A stretch of DNA of 64,000 nt, taken from an uncultured Actinomycetes bacterium. Its GTDB lineage: Bacteria; Actinomycetota; Thermoleophilia; Solirubrobacterales; Solirubrobacteraceae. Below the pieces are notes generated by a model. That model was given only the letters and a program-made list of their open reading frames with translations. It searched no databases and was not told the DNA's origin. The stretch lies in assembly GCA_963719305.1 (NCBI GenBank), contig CAVRBL010000011.1:388459-452458 (forward strand), in the 5' to 3' direction. Of the stretch, positions 32,456 through 42,464 are shown one piece after another; position 1 is the first letter of the stretch, and each line of letters opens with the position of its first letter. A program made the translations under genes and the position numbers.

Positions 32456-32460
32456 CCGGC

Positions 32461-34068
32461 ATGGCGCGTAGCCCGCTGCGGGACATCCCGCCGGGCGAGC
32501 GCACGCTGCCTGCGCTGCTCGAGCGGCAGGGGCGTATCTACGGCGATCGACCCCTGTTTCGCTTCGGGGCGCTCGAGCTCACCTACGGCCAGGTGCGGGA
32601 CCTGGCCGCGCGCGCGGCAGGTGGGCTGCGGGCGGCGGGGGTGGGGCCGGGCGAACGAGTGGCGGCGATGTGCGAGAACGGGCCGGCGCTGTTTGAGCTG
32701 ATCCTCGGCTGCGCCTGGTCGGGCGCGATCGTGGTACCGCTCAACACGGCGGCGAGGGGCGCGCAACTAGAGCACATGCTCCGCAGCTGCGGCGCGCGGT
32801 GGCTGCTGGCCGACGGGCCGCTCATCGAGCGGCTTGAGGATGTCGGCGGTGATGTGGCGCTGGAACAGGTCTGGGCCGACGCGGGACGAACAGCAGTCGC
32901 GGGCCGCTCTGTGTCGCCGCGGCCGGAGCCGGTTGATGGTCTTGCCGCCCATGACGTGGGTCCGGGCGACACAGCGGCGATCCTGTACACGTCGGGCACC
33001 ACCGGTCCCTCCAAGGGAGTGTGCTGCCCGCATGCGCAGTTGTATTGGTGGGGCGTGCTGGTCTCGGAGTCGCTCGCGATCCGCGAGGGCGATGTGCTTT
33101 ACACCTGTCTGCCGCTGTTTCACACCAACGCGCTGACCGCGTTCGTGCAGGCAGTTGTGAGCGGTGCGACGTTTGTGCTGGGCGAGCGTTTCTCCGCCTC
33201 ACGCTTCTGGGCGCGGGTCGGTGAAGCCGATGCCGACGTCACCTACCTGCTCGGCGCGATGGTCAGCATCCTGATGTCGAGGCAGCCGGAGCCGGCGGAC
33301 CGCGCTCACCACGTGCGCGTGGCGCTCGCTCCGGCCACGCCAGCGCGGCTGTTCGGCCCCTTCCGCGAGCGCTTCGGCGTCGAGCTGGTCGAGGGCTACG
33401 GCTCGACCGAGACGAACAACGCGATCGCCGCCCCGGACCCGGGTGCGGGGCGGCCGGGCTACATGGGGCTCGTGCGCGAGGGATTCGCGGCTCGCGTCGT
33501 CGACGAGGACGACGAGCAGGTTCCCGATGGAGAACCTGGCGAGCTGGTGCTGCGCCACGAGGAGCCGTACGCGTTCGCGACGGGCTACTGGGGGATGCCC
33601 GAGCAGACTGTCAGGGCCTGGCGGAACCTCTGGTTTCACACCGGCGATCGCGTCGTGCGCGAGCCCGACGGCTGGTTCCGGTTCATCGACCGGGCCAAGG
33701 ACGCGATTCGCCGCCGCGGAGAGAACATCTCCTCCTGGGAGGTCGAGCAGGCACTACTCGAGCACGAGGCGGTCGAAGCCGCGGCGGTATTCCCGGTCCC
33801 ATCCGAGCTCGGCGAGGACGACGTGATGGCGGCGGTTGTGCTCGAGCCCGGCCGGACGCTCGCTCCCAGCGACCTGATCACGCATTGCGAGCCGCGCCTC
33901 GCGCGCTTCGCGGTCCCCCGGTACCTTGAGTTCGTCGACGAGCTGCCGGTGACCGAGAATGGGAAGGTCCGCAAACAGCTCTTGCGCCAACGCGGGGTTA
34001 CCGAGACGACCTGGGACCGCGAGGCGGCGACCGTCGAGGGTGCCTTCAGCGCTCGTCGAGGCCGATGA
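32461..34068 (+). CDS. ATP-dependent acyl-CoA ligase (CaiC-like)
   Basis: YTSGTTGPSKG, PLFH, GYGSTE, WFHTGD, DRAKDAIRRRGENISS, GKVRK. Confidence 0.9.
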   Translation: MARSPLRDIPPGERTLPALLERQGRIYGDRPLFRFGALELTYGQVRDLAARAAGGLRAAGVGPGERVAAMCENGPALFELILGCAWSGAIVVPLNTAARGAQLEHMLRSCGARWLLADGPLIERLEDVGGDVALEQVWADAGRTAVAGRSVSPRPEPVDGLAAHDVGPGDTAAILYTSGTTGPSKGVCCPHAQLYWWGVLVSESLAIREGDVLYTCLPLFHTNALTAFVQAVVSGATFVLGERFSASRFWARVGEADADVTYLLGAMVSILMSRQPEPADRAHHVRVALAPATPARLFGPFRERFGVELVEGYGSTETNNAIAAPDPGAGRPGYMGLVREGFAARVVDEDDEQVPDGEPGELVLRHEEPYAFATGYWGMPEQTVRAWRNLWFHTGDRVVREPDGWFRFIDRAKDAIRRRGENISSWEVEQALLEHEAVEAAAVFPVPSELGEDDVMAAVVLEPGRTLAPSDLITHCEPRLARFAVPRYLEFVDELPVTENGKVRKQLLRQRGVTETTWDREAATVEGAFSARRGR

Positions 34069-35077
34069 CGACCTTGCCTGCAACGCCTCCCCGCTCAAGC
34101 ATGCGGTGACCGTCCGCGACCTGCTCGAGCGGTAGCACGTCGGCGATCAACGGTTGAAAGTGACCGGCGTTCAGGTGGCGGGCCGCGGCCAGCGCAGCGT
34201 TCATCGTGCCGAGCCGCGAACCGAGGATTCGCACCTGGTTGACGAACATGGCCGTCACGTCCATCGTCACAACGTCGCCGCTGGTCGCGCCCGCGCTGAC
34301 GATCGTGCCGCCGGACGCGCAGATCGCCAGCGACCGCTCCCAAGTGGCCGCAGCCACGTGCTCGAACACGATCGTCGCGCCCTGGCCGTCGGTGTACTCG
34401 AGCACCCGCGCGACCACATCGTCGGTGTAGTGGTCGACGATCAGCTCCGGGTGCAGCGCCTCCAGCGCCCTGCGCTTGGGTTCCCCGCCAGCGCTGGCGA
34501 TCACACGCGCGCCCGCGAGCCGCGCGATCTCGATCGCCGCGCTGCCGAGGCCGCTGGTCCCGGCCCATACGAACACCGTGTCCGCCGGCCCGACGCCCGC
34601 CTTGCCGACCAGCATCTCCCATGCCGTGATGTAGGAGTTTGCAAAGCACGCGACGTGCTCCGCGGGAATCTCGGGGTTGACAGCGATCGCGAGCTCCTGC
34701 GGCACGAGCGCCAGCTCGGCGTAGGCGCCGTGGTAGACGTCGAAGGCGACGCAGTACTGCGAGCGATCGCGCCGGCAAGGCTCGCAGCGCCCGCAGGTGA
34801 TGTATGGGTTGATCGTGATGCGCTGGCCTGGCGCAAACCGTTCGACCCCCGCTCCGACCCCGGCGACGGTCCCACACAGGTCGATCCCGAGGACCGCCGG
34901 CAGCGGCACGCGGTACGCAGGATGGGGGTGTCCCGCGCGCATCCACAGATCGCGGCGGTTGACCGAGGTGGCAGCCACCCTGACCAGTAGCTCGCCGGGT
35001 CCGGGAACGGGGTCCGGCAGCTCCTCGGCGGAAAGCACTTCCGGTCCGCCCAGCTCGTGCATGACGACCGCGCGCAT
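34046..35077 (-). CDS. MDR family NAD(P)H-dependent oxidoreductase (structural Zn site only)
   Basis: GGPEVL, SVNRRD (no catalytic Cys), CGRCEPC..C, GTSGLG, GKVVI. Confidence 0.88.
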   Translation of the reverse strand: MRAVVMHELGGPEVLSAEELPDPVPGPGELLVRVAATSVNRRDLWMRAGHPHPAYRVPLPAVLGIDLCGTVAGVGAGVERFAPGQRITINPYITCGRCEPCRRDRSQYCVAFDVYHGAYAELALVPQELAIAVNPEIPAEHVACFANSYITAWEMLVGKAGVGPADTVFVWAGTSGLGSAAIEIARLAGARVIASAGGEPKRRALEALHPELIVDHYTDDVVARVLEYTDGQGATIVFEHVAAATWERSLAICASGGTIVSAGATSGDVVTMDVTAMFVNQVRILGSRLGTMNAALAAARHLNAGHFQPLIADVLPLEQVADGHRMLERGGVAGKVVIGLDER

Positions 35078-35085
35078 CTAAGCGC

Positions 35086-35199
35086 TCACTCGAGCAGCGC
35101 TGTCGCCTCGATCTCGTTCAGCAGGCCTGGCAGCGCCAGGCTCGTGACGCCGGCCGGCGGGAACAGTTCGGGCGGGTCGATCCGCTCACGGTGGGGCAT
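35086..35199 (-). pseudogene. Internally deleted RidA-family remnant (37 aa)
   Basis: MPHRERIDPPELFPP (RidA-like N-terminus) joined directly to AGVTSLALPGLLNEIEATALLE (RidA-like C-terminal strand). Confidence 0.6.
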
Positions 35200-35244
35200 G
35201 TCCGGGGTTGCCGTAGATCGCGACGGCTGCGAGAGTTTCATATC

Positions 35245-35262
35245 TTTGATCACAGGTCAAAT
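35245..35262. promoter_or_regulatory. Regulon motif copy 6
   Basis: TTTGATCACAGGTCAAAT (14/16 match to consensus) in a divergent intergenic region. Confidence 0.65.
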
Positions 35263-35322
35263 ATGCTGCGACGAGGACGGCGGTGACCGCGGCCGCGCTG
35301 GCCGGGAGACGAGGAGGACGAG

Positions 35323-36120
35323 GTGAGAAACGTGTACGAGGCAAGCCATAGCGCGGTTGAGCTTGGGCACGGCCCGCTTGCGTTCGCCCGCGCGGGCCGG
35401 GGGCCGGCGGTCGTGCTACTGCATCAGACGCCCCGTTCTTGCGACGAGTACCGCGACGTGTTGCCGCTTCTGGCCGCCGGTGGCTTTCAGGCGCTCGCGT
35501 TCGATACGCCCGGCTTCGGAGATTCCTCGCCGCTCCCCGGCGAGCCCAGTATCGAGCGGTGGGCGGAGGCGATTCACGCCGGGATCGACGCGCTATCGCT
35601 TGCGCCAGCTGCGGTGGTCGGCCATCACACGGGCGGGGTGATCGCTGTCGAGCTGGCGTTCCGGCGCCCGAAGGACGTGAGCGCCCTGGTGCTCAGCTCG
35701 ACGCCGCTAACCAAGGCCGAGCAGTCGGTCGCCCCAGGGGTATCGACTGTTGATGTGGGCGAGGACCCCGACAGCCTTCGCTGCTCGCGTGCAGGCTTCT
35801 ATCCCGAAGGCCGGCCGGAGCTGCTCGACCGCTATGTGATGGACGCGATGCGCGCCGGTCCGCTCGCGCAAAAGGGCCATCGCGTCGTGGCCTCGTACGG
35901 AATGGACGGCAAGCTCGCGCCGTTGACGATGCCGGTGCTGCTGATTGGAGCGGACGAAGACCCATACGCCTACCCGGACCTCGAGCCCATGGCGCGAGCG
36001 CTTCCGCACGCAGAACGAATCGTGATCAGGGGCGGGATGGTGGCGCTGCCCGATGGCTGGCCGAGCGAGTTCGCGGGTGCCGTGGCGGGATTTCTGGAGC
36101 GGGCGTGGACTTCGCGTTAG
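35323..36120 (+). CDS. Alpha/beta fold hydrolase with GHHTG elbow
   Basis: RBS GAGGAGG; LLHQTP, DTPGFGDS, VVGHHTGG. Confidence 0.85.
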   Translation: MRNVYEASHSAVELGHGPLAFARAGRGPAVVLLHQTPRSCDEYRDVLPLLAAGGFQALAFDTPGFGDSSPLPGEPSIERWAEAIHAGIDALSLAPAAVVGHHTGGVIAVELAFRRPKDVSALVLSSTPLTKAEQSVAPGVSTVDVGEDPDSLRCSRAGFYPEGRPELLDRYVMDAMRAGPLAQKGHRVVASYGMDGKLAPLTMPVLLIGADEDPYAYPDLEPMARALPHAERIVIRGGMVALPDGWPSEFAGAVAGFLERAWTSR

Positions 36121-36122
36121 GA
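36040..36122 (+). repeat. Direct repeat copy A (3' end of the hydrolase gene)
   Basis: 47 bp identical to 43700-43746, then near-identical through GGACTTCGCGTTAGGA. Confidence 0.9.
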
Positions 36123-36138
36123 ACCTGAGCCCAAGCCG

Positions 36139-38178
36139 ATGGCGCGGCTGGGCATCGACATCGGCGGCACGTTCGTGGACTTGGTCCTGGCCACGACGGA
36201 TGACGGCTTGGTCTTCGAGAAGGTGCTCGCCGAGCCCGCGAACGTTCTGGGATCAATTACCCGCGGCGTCGAGCAACTGCTGAAGCGCGCCGACGTCGAT
36301 GGATCCGAGGTTGTCGAGGTTCTGCATGCGACGACGCGGGGATCGAACATCGTCCTCGAGCGCGCCGGGCCGACAACGGCGTTAGTGGTGACGCGCGGCT
36401 TCAGGGACGTGCTTCAGATTCAGCGTGCCCTGCGCTGGAGCATGTACGACGTACAGCTCGATAAGCCTGAGCCGCTTGTGCCTCGTTCGCTCGCGTTTGA
36501 GGTAGGCGAACGGATGCTTGCCGACGGGTCAGTGCACGTCGCGCTCGACGAGGACGAGGTACGCGCCATCGCCGCGCAGATCCGCGCTGCCGGAGTCGAG
36601 GCGGTGGCGGTGACGTTCCTGCACTCGTACGCCAATCTTGCGCACGAGCGAGCCGCGGCCGCGGTGCTCAAGGCTGAGTTGCCTGACGTGCCGATCACGA
36701 TCTCGAGCGACGTGTCGCTTCAGGCGAGGGAGTACGAGCGCGCGAACACCGCGGTGGTGAATGTATACGTATCCACCGCGATCGCCGAATATATGGCTCT
36801 GCTCGGCGAGTCGCTGGAGGGGGTCGGCGTATCGGCGCCGATCTGGGTCATGCAGTCGAGCGGCGGGCTCGCGTCCGTGCGCGACGCGATTGAGCGGCCG
36901 GTGCGCGTCATTGAATCTGGTCCGGCTGCCAGCGTGGTCGGCGCGGCCGCTTTCGGCAAGGCGGCTGGCAGCGACAATGTCATCTCCTTCGACATGGGCG
37001 GCACGACCGCCAAGGTCGCGGTGGTGAGCATGGGCATCCCTGCGATGACCACGTACTTCGAGCTCCAGCGCGTCGGCAGCCGGCGGGGAAGCGGCCTCGC
37101 CGTTGACATACCCGCGCTCGATCTCGTCGAGGTGGGGACAGGCGGCGGGAGCATTGCCGAGGTGCGCGAGGGCACGCTCCGCGTCGGGCCGCGTAGCGCG
37201 GGCGCTGACCCCGGCCCTGCGTGCTACGGCCGCGGTGCCACCGCGCCGACCGTCACCGACGCGAACCTCCTGCTCGGGTATTACGACCCAGAAATCTTCG
37301 CCGGTGGCCTCGTCCTTGATCTGGCTGCTGCCAAGGCCGCCATCAACCGTCTTGCGGACCAGCTCGGCGTCGAGCCGATCGAAGCCGCTTGGGGCATCCA
37401 CGACGTCGCGACGACCGATATGGAGCATGCCATCCGGCTTGTGTCGATCAATCGCGGGTTCGACCCGCGGGATCACGCGCTCGTCTGTACAGGCGGCGCG
37501 GCACCGGCACACGGGTCGCGTCTCGCGCACGCGCTCGGATGCAAACGCGCGATGATCCCGCTTGCCGCCAGCGGTGGATCCGCTCGCGGCCTGCTTGAGG
37601 CCGCGGCCTCGACCGAGGTGACGAGGACCGCGCTAGTCAGGCTAGACGGCGTGGAGTCGGCAGCGAGTTGCTCAGAGACGATCAGCGAGATGCTGCAGGA
37701 GGCAGAGCGCAGCTGGTCTGGAGCCGGCACCGAGAGCATCGTGCGGTTGACACTCGGCATGCGCTACGTCGGTCAGGGCCACGAGTTGCTGGTGCCGATC
37801 GAGCCCGACTTGCGGGACCCGGCCGGACTCGCGGAGCGCTTTCACCAGCGTTACGAGCGTGTGTACGGCTATCGCGATGATCAGCCCGTGGAAGTCGCCA
37901 CGTGGCAGGTTTCACTGGTGCGCCGGGCTCCTGCGCCCGTCGGAAGCTTTGCGGAGTACAGAGCGGCGGACTCGGTTCGAGCCTCTCGGCGCTCTGCTTA
38001 CTTTCCCGAGACCGGGATGATCGAGGTCGACGTGCATCCCAGGGCATTGCTGCACGAGGGTGACGCGGTCGAGGGTCCATGCTTGGTGGCGGAGCCGACC
38101 ACGACGACGGTCGTGCTGCCAGGCGACCGGGCCGAGGTTGTCGCCGATCTGTCCCTCCTGATCCACATCGCGCAGTGA
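36139..38178 (+). CDS. hyuA: Hydantoinase A/oxoprolinase ATP-binding subunit
   Basis: GIDIGGTFVD, EYERANT, ESGPAA, DMGGTT, GPACYGRG, MRYVGQGHE. Confidence 0.92.
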   Translation: MARLGIDIGGTFVDLVLATTDDGLVFEKVLAEPANVLGSITRGVEQLLKRADVDGSEVVEVLHATTRGSNIVLERAGPTTALVVTRGFRDVLQIQRALRWSMYDVQLDKPEPLVPRSLAFEVGERMLADGSVHVALDEDEVRAIAAQIRAAGVEAVAVTFLHSYANLAHERAAAAVLKAELPDVPITISSDVSLQAREYERANTAVVNVYVSTAIAEYMALLGESLEGVGVSAPIWVMQSSGGLASVRDAIERPVRVIESGPAASVVGAAAFGKAAGSDNVISFDMGGTTAKVAVVSMGIPAMTTYFELQRVGSRRGSGLAVDIPALDLVEVGTGGGSIAEVREGTLRVGPRSAGADPGPACYGRGATAPTVTDANLLLGYYDPEIFAGGLVLDLAAAKAAINRLADQLGVEPIEAAWGIHDVATTDMEHAIRLVSINRGFDPRDHALVCTGGAAPAHGSRLAHALGCKRAMIPLAASGGSARGLLEAAASTEVTRTALVRLDGVESAASCSETISEMLQEAERSWSGAGTESIVRLTLGMRYVGQGHELLVPIEPDLRDPAGLAERFHQRYERVYGYRDDQPVEVATWQVSLVRRAPAPVGSFAEYRAADSVRASRRSAYFPETGMIEVDVHPRALLHEGDAVEGPCLVAEPTTTTVVLPGDRAEVVADLSLLIHIAQ

Positions 38179-39847
38179 CGCATCCACTCGACATAGCGGT
38201 CATCTGGGGACGGCTCGCCGCGATCGCCGAAGAGATGGCCGAGGCGCAGCAACGCACCGCCTACTCAGACCAGGTGAGGGAAGGCGGCGACTACTCGACC
38301 GCGATCTTCGACGCATCCGGCCGCATGCTGGCGCAGGCGAACCGGAGCCCCGCGCACCTGGGAGCGATGCCGGCGGCGGTGCGGAACATACTGACCGTAT
38401 ATCCCGCAGACGCGCTCCGGCCGCGCGACATCGTCGTGATGAACGATCCCTACATGGGCTCTGGACACCTACCGGATATGTTCGCCATGAGCCCCTCGTT
38501 CGTCGGTGATCGGCTCGTCGGTTTCGTCGTCAGCTGCGTGCATCTGACAGACGTCGGAGGGCCGGCTCCCGGTAGCCAGGCGGTGGTGGGCGTGACCGAG
38601 CTGGTTCAGGAAGGGCTCCGGTTCCTTCCCACCCTGCTCTACCGGCGCGGTGAGCCAGTTCGCGAGATCATCCAGCTGATCGCCGCGAACGTACGCGTTC
38701 CCGAGGCGGTCCTCGGCGATATCCGCGCGCAACGGGCCGCGCTTCACGTTGGCGCCCTGAGGCTGGCCGAGGTCCACGCACAGCGGGGATCAGATCTCGT
38801 CGAGGCCGTCGGCGAAGAGATCCTTGAGCGGTCGGAGCAGGCGGTGAGGTCAGAGCTGAGGACGATCCCAAACGGAAAGGTGCACTTCGTCGACCACATC
38901 GACGACTATGGCCCGGGCGACGCCGCCAATCCGCATCGAGGTGACGATCACGGTCGACGACGATGAAATCCTCTTCGACTTCACGCGGGACCGATCCCCA
39001 GACGCCGTCGTCGCTGAACTGCACCCTCTCCTACGTCGAGGCGTACTGCTACTGGTCCACGAAGGCGATCACGACGCGGGATGAGATACCGCAGAATGAG
39101 GGCCAGTTGCGCCCGGTGAAGGTAATCGCAGAGCCCGGGTCGTTCTTCAATCCGCTCCCGCCGGCCGCGCTCGGCGGCCGAGCACTTGATGAACCAGCGG
39201 ATCGTGGAGCTCATCTTCGGCGCTCTGGCGCAGGCAGTCCCGGAGCGGGTCTGCGCGGCCAGCGGGCAATGGCTGAACCCTATCTTCGGGGGTGTCGATC
39301 CCAGGACGGGCAAGCCCTTCATCTTCTACGACTACGTCATGGGTGGAGTCGGTGCGCGGATGCACAAGGACGGCATCGATGCCATGTCGCCCGTCGTCTC
39401 GGTCGAAAATATCCCGGTCGAGGCGCAGGAGGCCCGCAATCCGATTATCGTCGAGCGCCTGGAGCTCATTCCTGACTCTGGCGGCGCAGGCCGATTCCGC
39501 GGTGGCCTCAGCGTGCGCAAGGACGTGCGGATTCTCGGCACCGACGTTGTTCTCTCGAACCTGACCGATCGTCAGGTGTTCAGCGCCATACGGACTCGAC
39601 GGGGGCAGCCCCGGGTCGCTGGGCGAGACAGTCATGAATCCAGGAACGCCGGCGGAGCGCAGGCTCCATTCCAAGGATCTAGTTGATGTCGCTCAGGGTG
39701 ACGTCATCAGCTTCCGCTGCTCGGGCAGCGGTGGCATCGGATCACCGGTGGAACGCTCACGCGAGAAGGTTCTGACGCGATGTGCGCGAAGGACTCGTCA
39801 CGGCCGACGCCGCGAGGACGATATACGAGCTGAAGGTCACCGATTGA
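38175..39847 (+). CDS. hyuB: Hydantoinase B/oxoprolinase subunit (several frameshifts)
   Basis: RTAYS..VREGGDYS, NDPYMGSGHLPD, HLTDVGG, QEGL, DSGGAGRFRGG, GSGGIGSP. Confidence 0.88.
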
Positions 39848-39864
39848 CATCCCATCCGCGCAAC

Positions 39865-41377
39865 ATGGGGTTCCTGCGGCCTCCGCTCCCGGAGGACCTC
39901 CTGCGCGCTGCCGAGCGCGAGCATCTCGATCTGTCGCTCGAGGAGTCCGAGGAGCTTGCGCCTTTCGCCGCCGATTTCGTGCGGGCGTTCGACGACGTGG
40001 AGGAGCTGCCGGACGTGCAGGTACCAGTGCGCTATCCGCGCACACCGGCGTACGCGTCCCTCTCCCCAGGACGATCCGGTGAACGCGTTCGTTCGGGTTC
40101 TCGAAATCCAGGGTGCCTCTAGCGGACCGCTCGCCGGTCGTCGGATCGGCATCAAGGACAACATCGCCGTGGCCGGGGTCCCAATCACGAATGGATCGCG
40201 AACCCTCTCGTACACGCCGCTTCAGGACGCGGTCGTCGTCGAGCGTATTCTCGACGCGGGCGGGTTCATCGCCGGCAAGCTCAACCTCGACGACTTCTCG
40301 GCTGCCGGATTCGGCGACACCAGCGTGTTCGGGCCGCCACGCAATCCGATCGATCCTGCGCGCTCCGCTGGGGGATCCTCTTCGGGCTCGAGCGCGGCCG
40401 TCGCCGCCGGCCTAGTCGACATGGCGCTGGGGGTGGACCAGGGAGGGAGCGTCCGGATGCCGGCTGCGGCCTGCGGGCTCGTCGGGCTGAAGCCGACGCA
40501 CGGACTCGTGCCCTCCTTCGGCCTGACGCACATGGACCACACGCTGGACTGCATCGGGCCGATCGCGCGCACAGTGGAGGAGGTCGCCTTGTTGCTGTCG
40601 GTGATTGCTGGGCCGGACTGGCGTGACGCCCAATGGACCCGTGACATCGAGCTCGACGACTACGTCGCGGCAATGGAAGATGGCGTCAATGGGTTGCGCG
40701 TTGGGGTGGTGAGTGAGTCGATGGACTCGGAGCTGTGTCAACCGGCTGTGCTCGCAGGCGCGGAGGCGACCGCCGGTGCGCTCAGACGCGCGGGCGCTGA
40801 GGTCGAAGAGGTCAGCATACCTCTGTGGACGTCGGGCTTTGCCATCTGGGTCGGCGTACTGGTGGCGACGTGGGCGCCGATGCTCCGGAGCTACTCGGTG
40901 GGATTCGGCCACTTCGGCCTGATCGAGGTCGAGCGCGTTCACGCCAGCTCGATCGTGCGCCACAACCAGGGCCACTTGCTGCCATCGACCATCAAGCTCG
41001 TGCTGCTCGTCAATGGCTATCTCGAGGAGCGCTACAACGGGGTCCCGCTCGCCCGCGCCCACAACCAGCGTCTGGCCTTGCGCAGCGTCGCTCGACAATG
41101 CGCTGGAGCGGTTCGACATCCTTCTCGCGCCGACGGTGACCCGGGTTGCGGTGCCGCTGCCGGAGGGTCGGCTGACGCCGGTCCAGAGCGATGAGCCGGA
41201 TCGTCTCAGAGACCCGGCTCACCTCTGTCACGAACGTGACTGGCCACCCGCGCTGGCGGTGCCCAGCGGCCGGGATCAGGATGAATGCCGACGTCAGTAC
41301 AGTTGATTGGCGGGCGGTGGGACGACCGTCGGGTATTAGCGGCGGGCGCAGCGATGGAGGCGGAGCATCTGGCTTGA
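39865..41377 (+). CDS. Amidase signature family enzyme (frameshifted)
   Basis: IKDNIAVAG, GKLN, GGSSSGS, GVDQGGSVRMPA, GLKPT. Confidence 0.88.
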
Positions 41378-41379
41378 CG

Positions 41380-42382
41380 ATGCACGTCGGCCTGAATCTC
41401 AACAATCGTGAGGCGCTGATTGCGCCGGATTACGACGTGACCCGGCTGCTGGCGCTCGCTGAGCGGGCCGAGGAACTGGGACTCGATTCCGTCTGGGTGG
41501 GCGACAGCCTGGTGGCGCGGCCCCGATATGAGCCGCTGGCGCTGATCGGGCGCGCTGGCGCAACGGACGACGAGGGTGCGCGTAGGAACCGCCTGCCTGG
41601 TCACCACGCTGCGTCACCCGGTGCAGCTCGCGCATGCCTGGTCGACGCTGGACGTGCTCTCGCGAGGGCGGACGGTACTCGGTGCCTGCGCCGGAAACAT
41701 CGCCGAGGAAGGGGTGAAGAAGGAGTTCGAGTTGATGGGAATCGATCCGCGTCGGCGAATGCGCGTGTTCGAGGAAGGGCTGAGGGTTTCCGCGCACGCT
41801 TAATGACCGACGGGCGCGTGACGTTTGCCGGCGAGCATTTCAGTTGGACAACATCGCCTTCTACACGGGCATGGAGCCCGAGCCCCTCCTTCCCGAGCAG
41901 AGGCCTCCTCCGATCTGGGTCGTCGCGAACCCTTCGATCGGCGCCTCCGGCGAGCGGCGGGGCTCACGAGCCGCCGCGCGGGTGGCTGAACTCGGCGACG
42001 GTTGGATGACCTGCTGCCGAGCGTCGCACCCGGAAGAGGTGGAGAACTTCCTCGACTGACCTCTCAACGCTGCGTCGGCCTCGACGGGTTCGACGTCGCC
42101 TATCAGGTGACGATCACGCTCGGAGCGACCAAGCAGGATGCACTGGCGGAGCAACGCCGATACATCGACGCCTACTACCCGGGCTTCCGCGACGCGGTGG
42201 CGCTCGCGGACTGGGGCCCGGCTGGCGCGCCCGACGAGGTTGCGGCGTGGATCCGCCGCTTCTCCAATGCCGGCGTGACCGCGTTCATCTGCCGATTCGC
42301 CTCGCTCGACCAGTTCGGTCAGCTCGAACTGTTTGGTAAGCACGTCGTCCCCGGCCTGCGGACGGAAACGCCGAGGTGCTGA
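41380..42382 (+). CDS. LLM-class flavin-dependent oxidoreductase (several frameshifts)
   Basis: AEELGLDSVWVGDS, LRHPVQLA..TLDVLSRGR, PPIWV, AELGDGW. Confidence 0.82.
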
Positions 42383-42464
42383 GGCTCAGGTCCGAGACCG
42401 CCGGCCGGCTGCGCGTGGGAAAGATGCGCTACGCGGACGCAGAAGCCGACTCGCAGAGTTCGCA

